Virus record (IMG/VR): IMGVR_UViG_2541047905_000014
Direction: 5' to 3' (one strand)
Origin: a virus
Lineage: Duplodnaviria > Heunggongvirae > Uroviricota > Caudoviricetes
Length of the DNA: 27,260 nt
Below the pieces are notes generated by a model. The model was given only the letters and a program-made list of their open reading frames with translations, was not told where the DNA came from and did no database searches. Numbering within the stretch: the stretch's first letter is position 1; the number at the start of each line of letters is the position of its first letter. The translations under genes and the position numbers were made by a program. Of this stretch, positions 7,708 to 17,440 are shown piece after piece.

Positions 7708-8748
7708 ATGGCTAACGCCTGGCTCAGATTATGGCATGACATGCCAAATGACCCTAAGTGGCGAACAATTGCCAGGGTGTCAGGGCAGCCAATTGCAACA
7801 GTGATGGCAGTGTATATCCACCTTCTGGTGAGCGCGTCACGAAATGTCACGACATGTCACGGCGTGTCACTACGTGGTCACATTGATGTCACGACGGAAG
7901 ATTTAGCAAGTGCGCTTGATGTGACGGAAGAAGTAATTGATTCAATTTTACAGGCAATGCAGGGGCGGGTACTTGATGGAGATTTAATCACCGGATGGGA
8001 AAAACGCCAGGTACTGAAAGAGGACAATGGCAACGTTTCACAAACCGCGAAATCCCCGGCAGAGCGCAAGAGAGCGCAGCGCGAGAGGGAAAAATTACGA
8101 AAACAGAATGAGGGGTGTCACGACGAGTCACGCATATGTCACGACATGTCACGACGAGTCACGACAGATAAAGATACAGATAAAGAATTAAACCCCACAC
8201 ATAACGCGCACGTGCGCGAGAGTGCTCCGACCAGTGAGTCGAGTGGTACGCCGTTGCAGGCAGCAGAACCTGCATCCCTGGATGGACTGAGCGAACCCAT
8301 CGGGAAATTTCCGATGGTCGATGACTGGCATCCGTCGCCGGATTTTCGACGACGGGCTGCGTTGTGGGGGATGGCTTTGCCGGAGCCGGAATTTACACCT
8401 GCTGAACTTGCCGCTTTCCGGGACTACTGGGCAGCGGAGGGGAAAGTTTTCACGCAGGTTCAGTGGGAGCAGAAATTCGCCCGTCACGTAAATCACGTCA
8501 GGGCGCAGGTTAAGCCAGTCAGCAAGGGGGTAAACCATGCAGCAGCACCAGGTGGCACCGCATCACGGGCAGTTCAGGAAATTCGGGCAGCACGTGAGCA
8601 GTGGGAACGTGAAAACGGATTTATCAGCGACGGAAACGGTCTGGAAGCTGTGGGAACTCATGGGGGAGGTTTATTCGAACCGCTGGACCCAGAAGAACGG
8701 GGCCGCACCTTCGAAGCTCTGGATTGCACAGATTGGCGCGATGACTGA
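7708..8748 (+). CDS. Replication initiator, O-like, with origin iterons embedded in the coding sequence
   Basis: GAGGTG RBS then ATG at 7708 (the track start 7702 is a GTG). The gene contains two clusters of 10-bp iterons and an AT-rich tract. The C-terminal region (DDWHPSPDFRRRAALWGMALPEPEFTPAELAAFRDYW) resembles a DnaT-like domain. The 3' end overlaps the P-like gene. Confidence 0.75.
   Translation: MANAWLRLWHDMPNDPKWRTIARVSGQPIATVMAVYIHLLVSASRNVTTCHGVSLRGHIDVTTEDLASALDVTEEVIDSILQAMQGRVLDGDLITGWEKRQVLKEDNGNVSQTAKSPAERKRAQREREKLRKQNEGCHDESRICHDMSRRVTTDKDTDKELNPTHNAHVRESAPTSESSGTPLQAAEPASLDGLSEPIGKFPMVDDWHPSPDFRRRAALWGMALPEPEFTPAELAAFRDYWAAEGKVFTQVQWEQKFARHVNHVRAQVKPVSKGVNHAAAPGGTASRAVQEIRAAREQWERENGFISDGNGLEAVGTHGGGLFEPLDPEERGRTFEALDCTDWRDD
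7834..7895. repeat. Origin iteron cluster 1 (about six copies of rTGTCACGAC, 10-bp period)
   Basis: GCGTCACGAA ATGTCACGAC ATGTCACGGC GTGTCACTAC GTGGTCACAT TGATGTCACGAC read directly from the sequence. Confidence 0.7.
8115..8192. repeat. Origin iteron cluster 2 (about five copies) plus adjacent AT-rich tract (putative ori core)
   Basis: GTGTCACGAC GAGTCACGCAT ATGTCACGAC ATGTCACGAC GAGTCACGAC, followed by AGATAAAGATACAGATAAAGAATTAAA. Architecture parallels lambda ori inside gene O. Confidence 0.7.
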
Positions 8749-9202
8749 GCAGCAAATCCGACAGGTCTGCCGCCAGTGCATGGACCGCTGCCGGGCGGGT
8801 GAAACATGGCCTCCGGACCTGGCTGAGTTTGTGGCGCTGATTTCAGAAAGCGGGGCCAATCCATTTGGCCTGACGGTGGATGCTGTGATGGAGGAGTACC
8901 GCCGCTGGCGTGATGAGTCCTGGCGATATGACGGAAGCGACAAATATCCGTGGCCTCAGCCTGTGCTGTACCACATCTGCCTCGAAATGCGTACCAGAGG
9001 GATTGAGCGCCAGATGACGCAGGGTGAGTTAAAACGACTTGCGGAACGGCAACTGACGAAATGGGCAAAGCATGTTGGTAACGGGATGAGTGTTCCGCCA
9101 GTGCGACGACAACTGGAAGGGGCGAAACACCCGCAAGGGCCAACGCCAATTGAACGGCTGAAACAGGAATACGAACGCCGGAAGGCAGCTGGTTTTATTT
9201 GA
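8537..9202 (+). CDS. Replication protein P-like (DnaB helicase loader)
   Basis: Alignable by eye with lambda P: WPPDLAEFVALISE versus PSPGQFVAWCREE, and YPWPQPVLYHICLEMRTRG...GELKRLAERQL versus YPWKSNAHYWLVTNLYQNMRA...AELRRKAADEL. AAGGGGG RBS 6 nt before the ATG at 8537. Confidence 0.75.
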   Translation: MQQHQVAPHHGQFRKFGQHVSSGNVKTDLSATETVWKLWELMGEVYSNRWTQKNGAAPSKLWIAQIGAMTEQQIRQVCRQCMDRCRAGETWPPDLAEFVALISESGANPFGLTVDAVMEEYRRWRDESWRYDGSDKYPWPQPVLYHICLEMRTRGIERQMTQGELKRLAERQLTKWAKHVGNGMSVPPVRRQLEGAKHPQGPTPIERLKQEYERRKAAGFI

Positions 9203-9235
9203 ATCTGAGAAACGATTTTGTCGGAGGAAATTTTA

Positions 9236-10006
9236 ATGGAAACCGTATTTGACGCACTGAAAGCAATGGGAAAAGCCACATCGGTAGAACTGGCCGCGCG
9301 ACTTGATATCAGTCGTGAAGAGGTTCTCAACGAGCTGTGGGAACTCAAAAGAAATGGCGTCGTTGATAAAACTGGTCACACCTGGTTTCTGGCTGGCGAA
9401 GGTGAATCCCGGGTAACCGAAGAGCGGCCAGTAAAATCTGAAGCACAGGATATGCTGACCGGGGAGGTCGAACAAAAAGTTACCGCAGACATGATGATTG
9501 AGTTTATCGGTCAGGATGGGGCTAAAACGTGTGAGGAACTGGCGGGTAAGTTCGGTGTCAGTACTCGCAAGGTTGCTTCCACGCTGGCGGTGGTAACCGC
9601 AACGGGGCGGCTGGCACGCGTTAATCAGAACGGTAAATTTCGTTACTGCATGCCGGGCGATAATTTACCAGCAGAGCCGAAAGCCGCGCTGGTAACGGAA
9701 AGTGATGGTAAGGCCTTTCCTCAGCCAGCAGGTGCTGCGTTACCAGTCCGGGAAGCCGCAACACAGGAAGAAATTAAAACAGAAACTGTGGCGGACATTG
9801 TGCAGCCGTTGCCATCGTTTACCGAAACGCAAGCAGATGAGCTGATTTTTCCGTCCCTTCGCAGGGCAAACCTGGCGCTGCGCAGGGCGAAAAGTGATGT
9901 TCAGAAGTGGGAGCGAGTCTGCGCCGCGCTGCGGGAGCTGAACAAGCACCGGGATATTGTTCGACAGATTACTGATTCTTCCCGCCGTGTTGTATCGGAA
10001 AAGTGA
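9236..10006 (+). CDS. Hypothetical protein with predicted winged-helix regions (DUF1627-like)
   Basis: GGAGG RBS 8 nt before the ATG at 9236 (track start is a TTG at 9218). Two segments resemble winged-helix DNA-binding regions ([26 protein letters not shown] and [19 protein letters not shown]). Confidence 0.65.
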   Translation: METVFDALKAMGKATSVELAARLDISREEVLNELWELKRNGVVDKTGHTWFLAGEGESRVTEERPVKSEAQDMLTGEVEQKVTADMMIEFIGQDGAKTCEELAGKFGVSTRKVASTLAVVTATGRLARVNQNGKFRYCMPGDNLPAEPKAALVTESDGKAFPQPAGAALPVREAATQEEIKTETVADIVQPLPSFTETQADELIFPSLRRANLALRRAKSDVQKWERVCAALRELNKHRDIVRQITDSSRRVVSEK

Positions 10007-10021
10007 TTGCCGGAGGCGCTT

Positions 10022-10414
10022 ATGGCAAAAGTATTTACACCAGAAGAGCGGGAAGAAGTGAAGGCGCGCATTGTGGAATTCGTGCGCCTGAGCGGACGAG
10101 AAACTTTTCGACAACTGGCAGATAAAACGGGTGTCAGTAAGACCGCTATTCGTCGTTTATCTGGTGCGCTTGCGGCCAGTGGTGATGTCTGGCTCTCTGG
10201 TTGCGGGGTATTTCCATCAGAGCAGGCGTATCGCGTATGGCGTAAGACACCGGAGAAGGCTGCTGACCCGACACTGATTCGAAAGTTACCTGACGGAGAA
10301 ATACGTCGTTACAACAGACGGCAGAACATAATTTGTCGTGAGTGCCGCCAGAGCGAAGTTATGCAGCGTGTGCTGGCGTTCTATCGGGGAAACTTTCAGG
10401 AGGTGATGGAGTGA
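10022..10414 (+). CDS. Hypothetical protein (130 aa) with HTH-like segment
   Basis: GGAGG RBS 4 nt before the ATG at 10022 (track start is a TTG). Contains FRQLADKTGVSKTAIRRL. Confidence 0.6.
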   Translation: MAKVFTPEEREEVKARIVEFVRLSGRETFRQLADKTGVSKTAIRRLSGALAASGDVWLSGCGVFPSEQAYRVWRKTPEKAADPTLIRKLPDGEIRRYNRRQNIICRECRQSEVMQRVLAFYRGNFQEVME

Positions 10415-10707
10415 GGGTCAGAGTTTATATTGCCGGTCCAATGACGGGATATGAAAATTTCAACCGTGAGGCGTTTCACAAGGCGGAAGAGGAACTGAAA
10501 CGGGAAGGGCATACCGTCTTAAACCCGGCAGTACTTCCGGACGGGCTGACACAGCCGCACTACATGGATATTTGCATGGCAATGATTCGTTGTGTGGATG
10601 CGATTTACATGCTGAATGGCTGGCAGCGGTCAGCGGGCGCTAAGGCAGAGCTGGCACTGGCGGAGAAACTGGGGCATGCAGTGATTTATCAGGAGGTGGC
10701 TCAATGA
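10411..10707 (+). CDS. DUF4406-like protein (nucleoside 2-deoxyribosyltransferase-like fold)
   Basis: GTG start at 10411 after GGAGG at 8-nt spacing, overlapping the upstream stop. N-terminal VYIAGPMTG motif is typical of this family. Confidence 0.6.
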   Translation: MRVRVYIAGPMTGYENFNREAFHKAEEELKREGHTVLNPAVLPDGLTQPHYMDICMAMIRCVDAIYMLNGWQRSAGAKAELALAEKLGHAVIYQEVAQ

Positions 10708-11165
10708 GAGAGGTTAACTATGAGGCGCTTCGTGAGGCAGCACAAAACTATCAGTCGACGCTGGCGTGGTATCAGGCTATCCCGGACAGCCCAAATGCTG
10801 AACGGGATTGTGATGCGGCTCTTGCTGCGTTTAAGCGTCACATCCGTCATCGGGAAGCGGATATTATCGCTGATTTGCTGGATGGACTGGAAGAAGCAAA
10901 ATCACAACTCAAAGAGCAGCGTGAGTATTACGAAGGCGTTATCTCTGATGGGAGCAAGCGTATTGCTGAACTGGAAGCGCGGGAAGTTCAATTACCGACT
11001 CGCTACGACCTTCGATATGGACACCCGATAAATGCAGATGAGCGACATGTCATGATACCTAAAGAAAATGGCAGTTGGCTTTACCTGATTGACCTAGAAC
11101 ACGCATTACGCGTCTCTGGCATTCGCATCAAAGGAGAGGAGCATGGAAATAAAACCAGAGGATGA
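10704..11165 (+). CDS. Hypothetical nin-region protein (153 aa)
   Basis: ATGA overlap with the upstream gene; GGAGG RBS. Confidence 0.65.
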   Translation: MREVNYEALREAAQNYQSTLAWYQAIPDSPNAERDCDAALAAFKRHIRHREADIIADLLDGLEEAKSQLKEQREYYEGVISDGSKRIAELEAREVQLPTRYDLRYGHPINADERHVMIPKENGSWLYLIDLEHALRVSGIRIKGEEHGNKTRG

Positions 11166-11499
11166 GTTAAGCAATATCGTTTTATTTCCGGTAAAAGAGG
11201 ATGACCCTCGTAATCAGGTTAATTTTCTTTATGAGCCATCGGAAAGACCATATTGTCATCACGCCTCTGTCCGGGTTGACGAAAAAGAGCGTCAGGTCCG
11301 CTGTAAAATCTGCGGTGCAGTTGTGGAGCCATTTGACTGGATGCTCTCTGTGGCGAAAAGAGAAACCAGACTGGCAGATGATGTAAGGCACTTGCGCCAG
11401 GAGGAGCGGGAAAGGCGAAAAAATATAGAAAAGCTAATTCAGATTGAGCGTAACGCGAAAGCGCGGATACGCAGGGCGACAAAATCCAGAACTGAATAA
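11143..11499 (+). CDS. Hypothetical protein with putative zinc ribbon (118 aa)
   Basis: CHH...CKIC motif and a basic C-terminus; GGAGAGGAG RBS. Confidence 0.6.
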   Translation: MEIKPEDELSNIVLFPVKEDDPRNQVNFLYEPSERPYCHHASVRVDEKERQVRCKICGAVVEPFDWMLSVAKRETRLADDVRHLRQEERERRKNIEKLIQIERNAKARIRRATKSRTE

Positions 11500-11592
11500 T
11501 TAAATTTAGCTCTGTTAAAAATTTAATCCTTAACCGGAGGGATTTCTGCACCCTCAGAACATCAGGAGGCCGCCCGAAAGGGCGGTAGTTAA

Positions 11593-11775
11593 ATGCGAAA
11601 GTTTAAAATAATTATTGAAACGGAAATAGCCGGTGGAGATTTCGAGGATGAATTCGAAGTGGATGATGATGCGACGCCTGATGAAATACATGACGAAGCA
11701 AAAGATATTTTCTTTAACTACTGCAATTACTCATATCACGAAATAAAAGACGAAGAGGAAGAGCAAAATGGCTGA
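11593..11775 (+). CDS. Small acidic hypothetical protein (60 aa)
   Basis: ORF with very acidic composition. An AGGAGG lies 23 nt upstream, separated from the ATG by a GC hairpin (11570-11585). Confidence 0.45.
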   Translation: MRKFKIIIETEIAGGDFEDEFEVDDDATPDEIHDEAKDIFFNYCNYSYHEIKDEEEEQNG

Positions 11776-11790
11776 TTTTGGTTCAACTAA

Positions 11791-12985
<1,195 letters not shown>

Positions 12986-13139
12986 CTAAATACAACGTCA
13001 GTTTTGAAGCATGGCATGAACTGTTAATGGACTATGCAGAGTTACGTGGTGGCAGTGCTGCTGATGCTGAAGCATGGCGTGATGATTATGAAGCAGGAAA
13101 AACTCCGGTCGAAGCATATTGTGATGAGTGGGGCGATGA

Positions 13140-13655
13140 ATGAGCGAGATTAATTATCAGGAAGGGCATGAAACGGCAGGGCAGGCAAAACCAGTTGCAT
13201 GGCGATATCGCTACGTGAAAAAAGACGTTACAGACTTTCAGGGGAAGCCGTGGGCTGGTGACTGGAAATATGTACCGACAAAAGAGGATTGTAACGACAG
13301 GCCGAACTATGAAATTCAGGCCTTATTCATCGGCCCGCCAGTCCCGGTGACATCAGAAGGACTGGTTAAAGCCGTGCGCTTTTATGAACAGGTAAAGCGT
13401 GAGAATCCGCCAGTCGAAACAGGAGCATGGAAGGATGCTGTTGACTGGGTGCTCAGAGAGGCCTGCTGCGCTGCCATTCTGGGTAAAGCCGACAATCCAC
13501 CAGCATCCGGCAATCAGGTTAGCGAATTAACAATGTGGGTTAAACGACTGGTCAGTCAACTGAAAAAAGCTCAGCCGGACTGCAAATTACCGGAGAAGGC
13601 GATAGATTACCTGAAACGAAATGGACTGATAAGCGTGGAGGATGTTTTACGATGA
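13140..13655 (+). CDS. Hypothetical phage protein (171 aa)
   Basis: ATG coupled to the stop of the IS5-disrupted gene. No recognised motif. Confidence 0.65.
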   Translation: MSEINYQEGHETAGQAKPVAWRYRYVKKDVTDFQGKPWAGDWKYVPTKEDCNDRPNYEIQALFIGPPVPVTSEGLVKAVRFYEQVKRENPPVETGAWKDAVDWVLREACCAAILGKADNPPASGNQVSELTMWVKRLVSQLKKAQPDCKLPEKAIDYLKRNGLISVEDVLR

Positions 13656-13775
13656 ATATTTAGACTAAAGAGTTTGTAACGCTATGTAAGTGATTTTTTC
13701 TGGTTTAGATATTTATATGTCCGGCCAAATTGAGGTGTGTTTAAATGTTATTGCACATTGATTGTAGGGGGAATA

Positions 13776-13955
13776 ATGAAAAACGCATTGCAGTTTTTGT
13801 TTGTTGCGTTCTGGTTGTTCGCATCATGTATGCCCATCATCTTCACAGCAAGGTATATGGAAAAAATTGATGTTTTGATATTAATGTTTGGACATATAAA
13901 TGCCCTTTTTTTAGGGGTGTTCATGGCGGTCATGTGCATTGAATACTGGCGGTAA
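13776..13955 (+). CDS. Small two-helix hydrophobic membrane protein (59 aa) in an AT-rich island
   Basis: GGGGGA RBS 5 nt before the internal ATG at 13776. Two hydrophobic helices (ALQFLFVAFWLFASCMPIIF and VLILMFGHINALFLGVFMAVMCI). Local sequence is AT-rich. Confidence 0.4.
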   Translation: MKNALQFLFVAFWLFASCMPIIFTARYMEKIDVLILMFGHINALFLGVFMAVMCIEYWR

Positions 13956-14157
13956 ATACAGCGAACGCCATTGGTTTAGTTGGATATTTACTGTGCCGGA
14001 CAAAAACGGTTTGCGGGGAAATCTTAGTTAAGTAGAATAACTGCGGGTGCTTGAGGCTATCTGTCTCAGGCATGAACACCAAAAGGCAGATAGAGAAAAG
14101 CCCCAGTTAACATTACGCGTCCTGCAAGACGCTTAACATTAATCTGAGGCCATATCT

Positions 14158-14217
14158 ATGCGACACATAGAGATTAGCCTCTTACGGACCGAAAGGTCAA
14201 GGAGAAGCAGGCTATGA
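14158..14217 (+). CDS. mok-like leader ORF, translationally coupled to hok
   Basis: 19-codon ORF whose TGA overlaps the hok ATG (ATGA), as expected for mok/hok coupling. Too short to confirm by sequence alone. Confidence 0.35.
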   Translation: MRHIEISLLRTERSRRSRL

Positions 14218-14369
14218 AGCAGCAAAAGGCGATGTTAATCGCCCTGATCGTCATCTGTTTAACCGTCATAGTGACGGCACTGGTAACGAGGAAAGACCTC
14301 TGCGAGGTACGAATCCGAACCGGCCAGACGGAGGTCGCTGTCTTCACAGCTTACGAACCTGAGGAGTAA
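14214..14369 (+). CDS. hokD: Hok/Gef family type I toxin (HokD/RelF-like)
   Basis: Hand-translated 51 aa: MKQQKAMLIALIVICLTVIVTALVTRKDLCEVRIRTGQTEVAVFTAYEPEE, matching remembered HokD/RelF. GGAG RBS. mRNA 5'/3' complementarity is present: CTGCGGGTGCTTGAG at 14041-14055 versus CTCAACGCACCCGCA at about 14420-14435 (ucb/fbi-like). Confidence 0.9.
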   Translation: MKQQKAMLIALIVICLTVIVTALVTRKDLCEVRIRTGQTEVAVFTAYEPEE

Positions 14370-14437
14370 GAGACCCGGCGAGGGAGAAATCCCTCGCCAC
14401 CTCTGATGTGGCAGGCATTCTCAACGCACCCGCACTT

Positions 14438-14469
14438 AACCCGCTTCGGCGGGTTTTTGTTTTTATTTT
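14438..14469 (+). terminator. Intrinsic terminator at the 3' end of the hok mRNA
   Basis: AACCCGC-TTCG-GCGGGTT followed by TTTTGTTTTTATTTT. Confidence 0.7.
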
Positions 14470-14585
14470 CAACGCATTTGAAGTTCTGGACGGTGCCGGA
14501 ATAGAATCAAAAATACTTAAGTAGCGCGCAGGGATAAGAGGGATGGTCCCTTAAAGGGGAGAGCTAATTATCCGGAAGGATTCTG

Positions 14586-14837
14586 ATGATGAACATCGAA
14601 GAACTGCGTAAAATTTTTTGTGAAGATGGCCTCTATGCTGTGTGCGTTGAAAATGGAAATATTGTTAGTCATTACCGCATTGTGTGTTTGCAAAAAAATG
14701 GGGCTGCGTTAATTAATTTTGTGGATGCCCGAGTGACGGACGGATTTATCTTGCGCGACGGTGAGTTTGTCACTTCATTACAGGTATTGAAAGAGATCGG
14801 AATAAAAGCTGGCTTTTCTGCTTTTTCAGAAGAATAA
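14586..14837 (+). CDS. rem: Rem-like small protein (83 aa)
   Basis: 83-aa ORF directly downstream of hok, between hok and the DUF968 gene, as for rem in Qin (rem is 83 aa from memory). GGAAGGA RBS. Confidence 0.55.
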   Translation: MMNIEELRKIFCEDGLYAVCVENGNIVSHYRIVCLQKNGAALINFVDARVTDGFILRDGEFVTSLQVLKEIGIKAGFSAFSEE

Positions 14838-14903
14838 ACTCATCTACAATCTTGCGCGGGGCTGAACTCCCGCTGAGTAACACCGTGCCACCGGAGAAAA
14901 CCG

Positions 14904-15182
14904 ATGGCACGCAACGCAAAATATTACAAACATGATAATTCGACCGTTCTTGCCCACACGCACGAGCGGTATTCTCACGCATTTAAGTCAGACTGGTACC
15001 AGCATCCCCCATGCACTGAAGAACAGGCCGAATGGCTCATTCAGTGTTACCGCAGGCGCGGATGCGAGGTTAAAAAAGCCCTTAGCCTCGACTACCGTCA
15101 CTGGATAATCTCCGTCAGGCTTCCTTACTCCGAACGCCCACCGCGTCTGTCCCGCACATTCCAGCAACGCATCTGGAGGTAA
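14904..15182 (+). CDS. Hypothetical Cys/His-containing nin-region protein (92 aa)
   Basis: ORF with GGAG RBS; its stop overlaps the start of the downstream DUF968 gene. Confidence 0.55.
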   Translation: MARNAKYYKHDNSTVLAHTHERYSHAFKSDWYQHPPCTEEQAEWLIQCYRRRGCEVKKALSLDYRHWIISVRLPYSERPPRLSRTFQQRIWR

Positions 15183-15183
15183 C

Positions 15184-16230
15184 GTGCGGGTATTACTTCG
15201 ACCTGTTCTGGTACCGGAACTCGGGCTGGTGATCGTTAAGCCGGGCCGTGAATCCATGCCGGTATTCCACAATACCCGGGTACTGGTGGAGCCGGAACCG
15301 AAAAGCATGCGTAATCTGCCGTCCGGGGTCGTTCCTGCCGTTCGCCAGCCGCTGGCGGAGGATAAATCATTACTGCCATTTTTCAGCGACGAACGAGTGA
15401 TTCGTGCTGCTGGTGGCGCTGGCGCATTGTCTGATTGGTTACTGCGCCATGTTAAATCCTGCCAGTGGCCACACGGCGATTATCACCACAGTGAAACCGT
15501 CATTCACCGTTATGGTACCGGCGCAATGGTGTTGTGCTGGCACTGCGACAACCAGCTGCGCGACCAGACCTCCGAATCACTCGGGCAACTTGCTCACCAA
15601 AACCTGTCTGCATGGATGATTGACGTCATACGCCATGCAATGAATGGCTCGCAGGAACGGGAATTATCGCTGGCTGAATTATCCTGGTGGGCGGTCCGCA
15701 ATCAGGTGGCGGACGCGCTACCGGAAGCGGTATTACGTCGTTCGCTGGGGTTGCGTGCGGAAAAAATCCGCTCAATGTACCGTGAAAGCGACATCGTACC
15801 GGGAGAGCAGACCGCCACCAGCATACTGAAGCAGCGCACAAAAAATCTTGCGCCGCTGCCTCACGCCCACCAGCAAAACCCGCCACAGGAAGAGACGGTG
15901 GTCAGCATTGCCGTTGATCCTGAGTCTCCGGAATCTTTCATGAAACGACCTAAACGTCGCCGCTGGGTTAACGAGAAATACACACGCTGGGTGAAGACAC
16001 AGCCGTGTGCGTGTTGTGGTAAGCCAGCCGACGATCCCCATCACCTGATTGGTCATGGTCAGGGCGGAATGGGGACAAAATCTCACGATATTTTCACGCT
16101 ACCGCTGTGTCGGGAGCATCACAACGAGCTTCATGCGGATCCTCTGGCGTTCGAAGAAAAGCATGGTTCTCAGGTTGATTTAATTTTTCGTTTTCTTGAT
16201 CACGCCTTTGCAACTGGCGTGCTTGGGTAA
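15184..16230 (+). CDS. DUF968/YdfU-like protein with C-terminal HNH-like Cys/His motif
   Basis: 348 aa. GGAGG then GTG start. C-terminus CACCGKPADDPHHLIGHGQGGMGTKSHDIFTLPLCREHHNELH resembles an HNH nuclease zinc-binding motif. Size matches Qin YdfU (349 aa). Confidence 0.8.
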   Translation: MRVLLRPVLVPELGLVIVKPGRESMPVFHNTRVLVEPEPKSMRNLPSGVVPAVRQPLAEDKSLLPFFSDERVIRAAGGAGALSDWLLRHVKSCQWPHGDYHHSETVIHRYGTGAMVLCWHCDNQLRDQTSESLGQLAHQNLSAWMIDVIRHAMNGSQERELSLAELSWWAVRNQVADALPEAVLRRSLGLRAEKIRSMYRESDIVPGEQTATSILKQRTKNLAPLPHAHQQNPPQEETVVSIAVDPESPESFMKRPKRRRWVNEKYTRWVKTQPCACCGKPADDPHHLIGHGQGGMGTKSHDIFTLPLCREHHNELHADPLAFEEKHGSQVDLIFRFLDHAFATGVLG

Positions 16231-16242
16231 AAGAGGTGACTG

Positions 16243-16617
16243 ATGCTCATAGATTTGGTTTTACCTTACCCGCCGACGGTGAACACTTACTGGCGACGCC
16301 GTGGCAGCACATATTTTATCTCGGAGGAGGGAAAGCGTTATCGCCGGGCTGTGGCGCTTATTGTTCGCCAGCAGCGGCTGAAATTAAGCCTGTCCGGAAG
16401 GCTGGCGATAAAGGTGATTGCAGAGCCACCGGATAAGCGTCGTCGCGACCTGGACAATATCCTGAAAGCACCGCTGGATGCGCTGACGCATGCGGGAGTG
16501 TTAATGGACGATGAGCAGTTTGATGAAATCAATATCGTTCGTGGTCAGCCAGTATCTGGTGGACGTCTGGGGGTGAAGATTTACCCCATAATGCATGAAG
16601 AGCAGGTCAAAAAATGA
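16243..16617 (+). CDS. rusA: Holliday junction resolvase RusA
   Basis: 124 aa with RusA-like RRRDLDN, DALTHAGVL and GGRL motifs. GAGGTG RBS. Confidence 0.9.
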   Translation: MLIDLVLPYPPTVNTYWRRRGSTYFISEEGKRYRRAVALIVRQQRLKLSLSGRLAIKVIAEPPDKRRRDLDNILKAPLDALTHAGVLMDDEQFDEINIVRGQPVSGGRLGVKIYPIMHEEQVKK

Positions 16618-17435
16618 AACTGGAAGATTTACCGAAATACTACTCCCCAAAATCCCCTGGCCTGACCGATGCATCGGCCTCAACGTCAAAAGATGCGCTG
16701 AGTATCACTGATGTGATGGCCGCGCAGGGCATGACACAGAATCGGGCTGAGATGGGTTTTTCTGCGTTCCTGGGGAAAATGGGCATCAGTATGAATGACA
16801 GGGTGCGGGCAACAGAATTACTGGCAGATTATGCACTCAGTCGGTGCGATCGTGTGGCGGCGTTGAGAAAACTTCCGGCAGAAATAAAACCGGTAGTGAT
16901 GCGCATTATGGCTTCGTACGCTTTTGAGGATTATGCCCGCAGCGCAGCGAGTAAAAAGCAGTGCCCTTGTTGCTATGGGGAAAAATTTATTGAAAGCATA
17001 GTTTTTACAAACAAGGTCCAGTATCCGGATGGTAAGCCGCCGGTATGGGCAAAGTGTACGAAAGGTGTGTATCCGTCTTACTGGGAAGAATGGAAAAAAG
17101 TCAGGGAGGTGGTAAAAGTTGCCTGTCCGGAGTGTGGCGGAAAGGGTGAGGTTTCCACCGCCTGTAAGGATTGCCGTGGGCGTGGTGTCGCCATTCACCG
17201 TGAAGAGTCGGTAAAACGTGGTATGCCTGTTATCAGAGACTGCCAGCGTTGTGGTGGTCGTGGCTATGAAAGACTACCATCAACGGAGGCATTTAATGCT
17301 ATATGCGAGGTGACAAACCAGATAACACGCGCGTCATGGGAAAAAACAGTTAAGAAATTCTATGATGCGCTGGTGACCCGGTTTGATATTGAAGAAGCAT
17401 GGGCTGAGCGGCAGTTAAAAAAGGTAACTAGGTAA
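16614..17435 (+). CDS. Late-gene antiterminator Q-like protein with CxxC zinc-finger repeats
   Basis: 273 aa, ATGA-coupled to rusA. Contains CPCCYGEK, CPECGGKGEVSTACKDCRGRG and CQRCGGRG motifs. Followed by a promoter-like element and a short-transcript terminator, as expected for Q / PR' / tR'. Confidence 0.75.
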   Translation: MKLEDLPKYYSPKSPGLTDASASTSKDALSITDVMAAQGMTQNRAEMGFSAFLGKMGISMNDRVRATELLADYALSRCDRVAALRKLPAEIKPVVMRIMASYAFEDYARSAASKKQCPCCYGEKFIESIVFTNKVQYPDGKPPVWAKCTKGVYPSYWEEWKKVREVVKVACPECGGKGEVSTACKDCRGRGVAIHREESVKRGMPVIRDCQRCGGRGYERLPSTEAFNAICEVTNQITRASWEKTVKKFYDALVTRFDIEEAWAERQLKKVTR

Positions 17436-17440
17436 CAAGG

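Noticed and set aside
7834-8165. Short direct repeats considered as a possible CRISPR array
   Set aside because: The repeats are 10-bp units in tandem with no spacers and lie inside a replication initiator gene. They are origin iterons, not CRISPR.
8658-9348. Minus-strand ORFs 8658..9149, 8671..8943 and 8956..9348 antisense to the P-like gene
   Set aside because: They are Ser/Arg/Pro-rich antisense shadows of a gene with recognisable lambda P homology.
15404-16086. ORFs in alternate frames within the DUF968 gene (15404..15619, 15626..15886, 15772..16086)
   Set aside because: They overlap a gene with a clear HNH-like C-terminal motif and are Arg/Pro/Cys-rich shadows.
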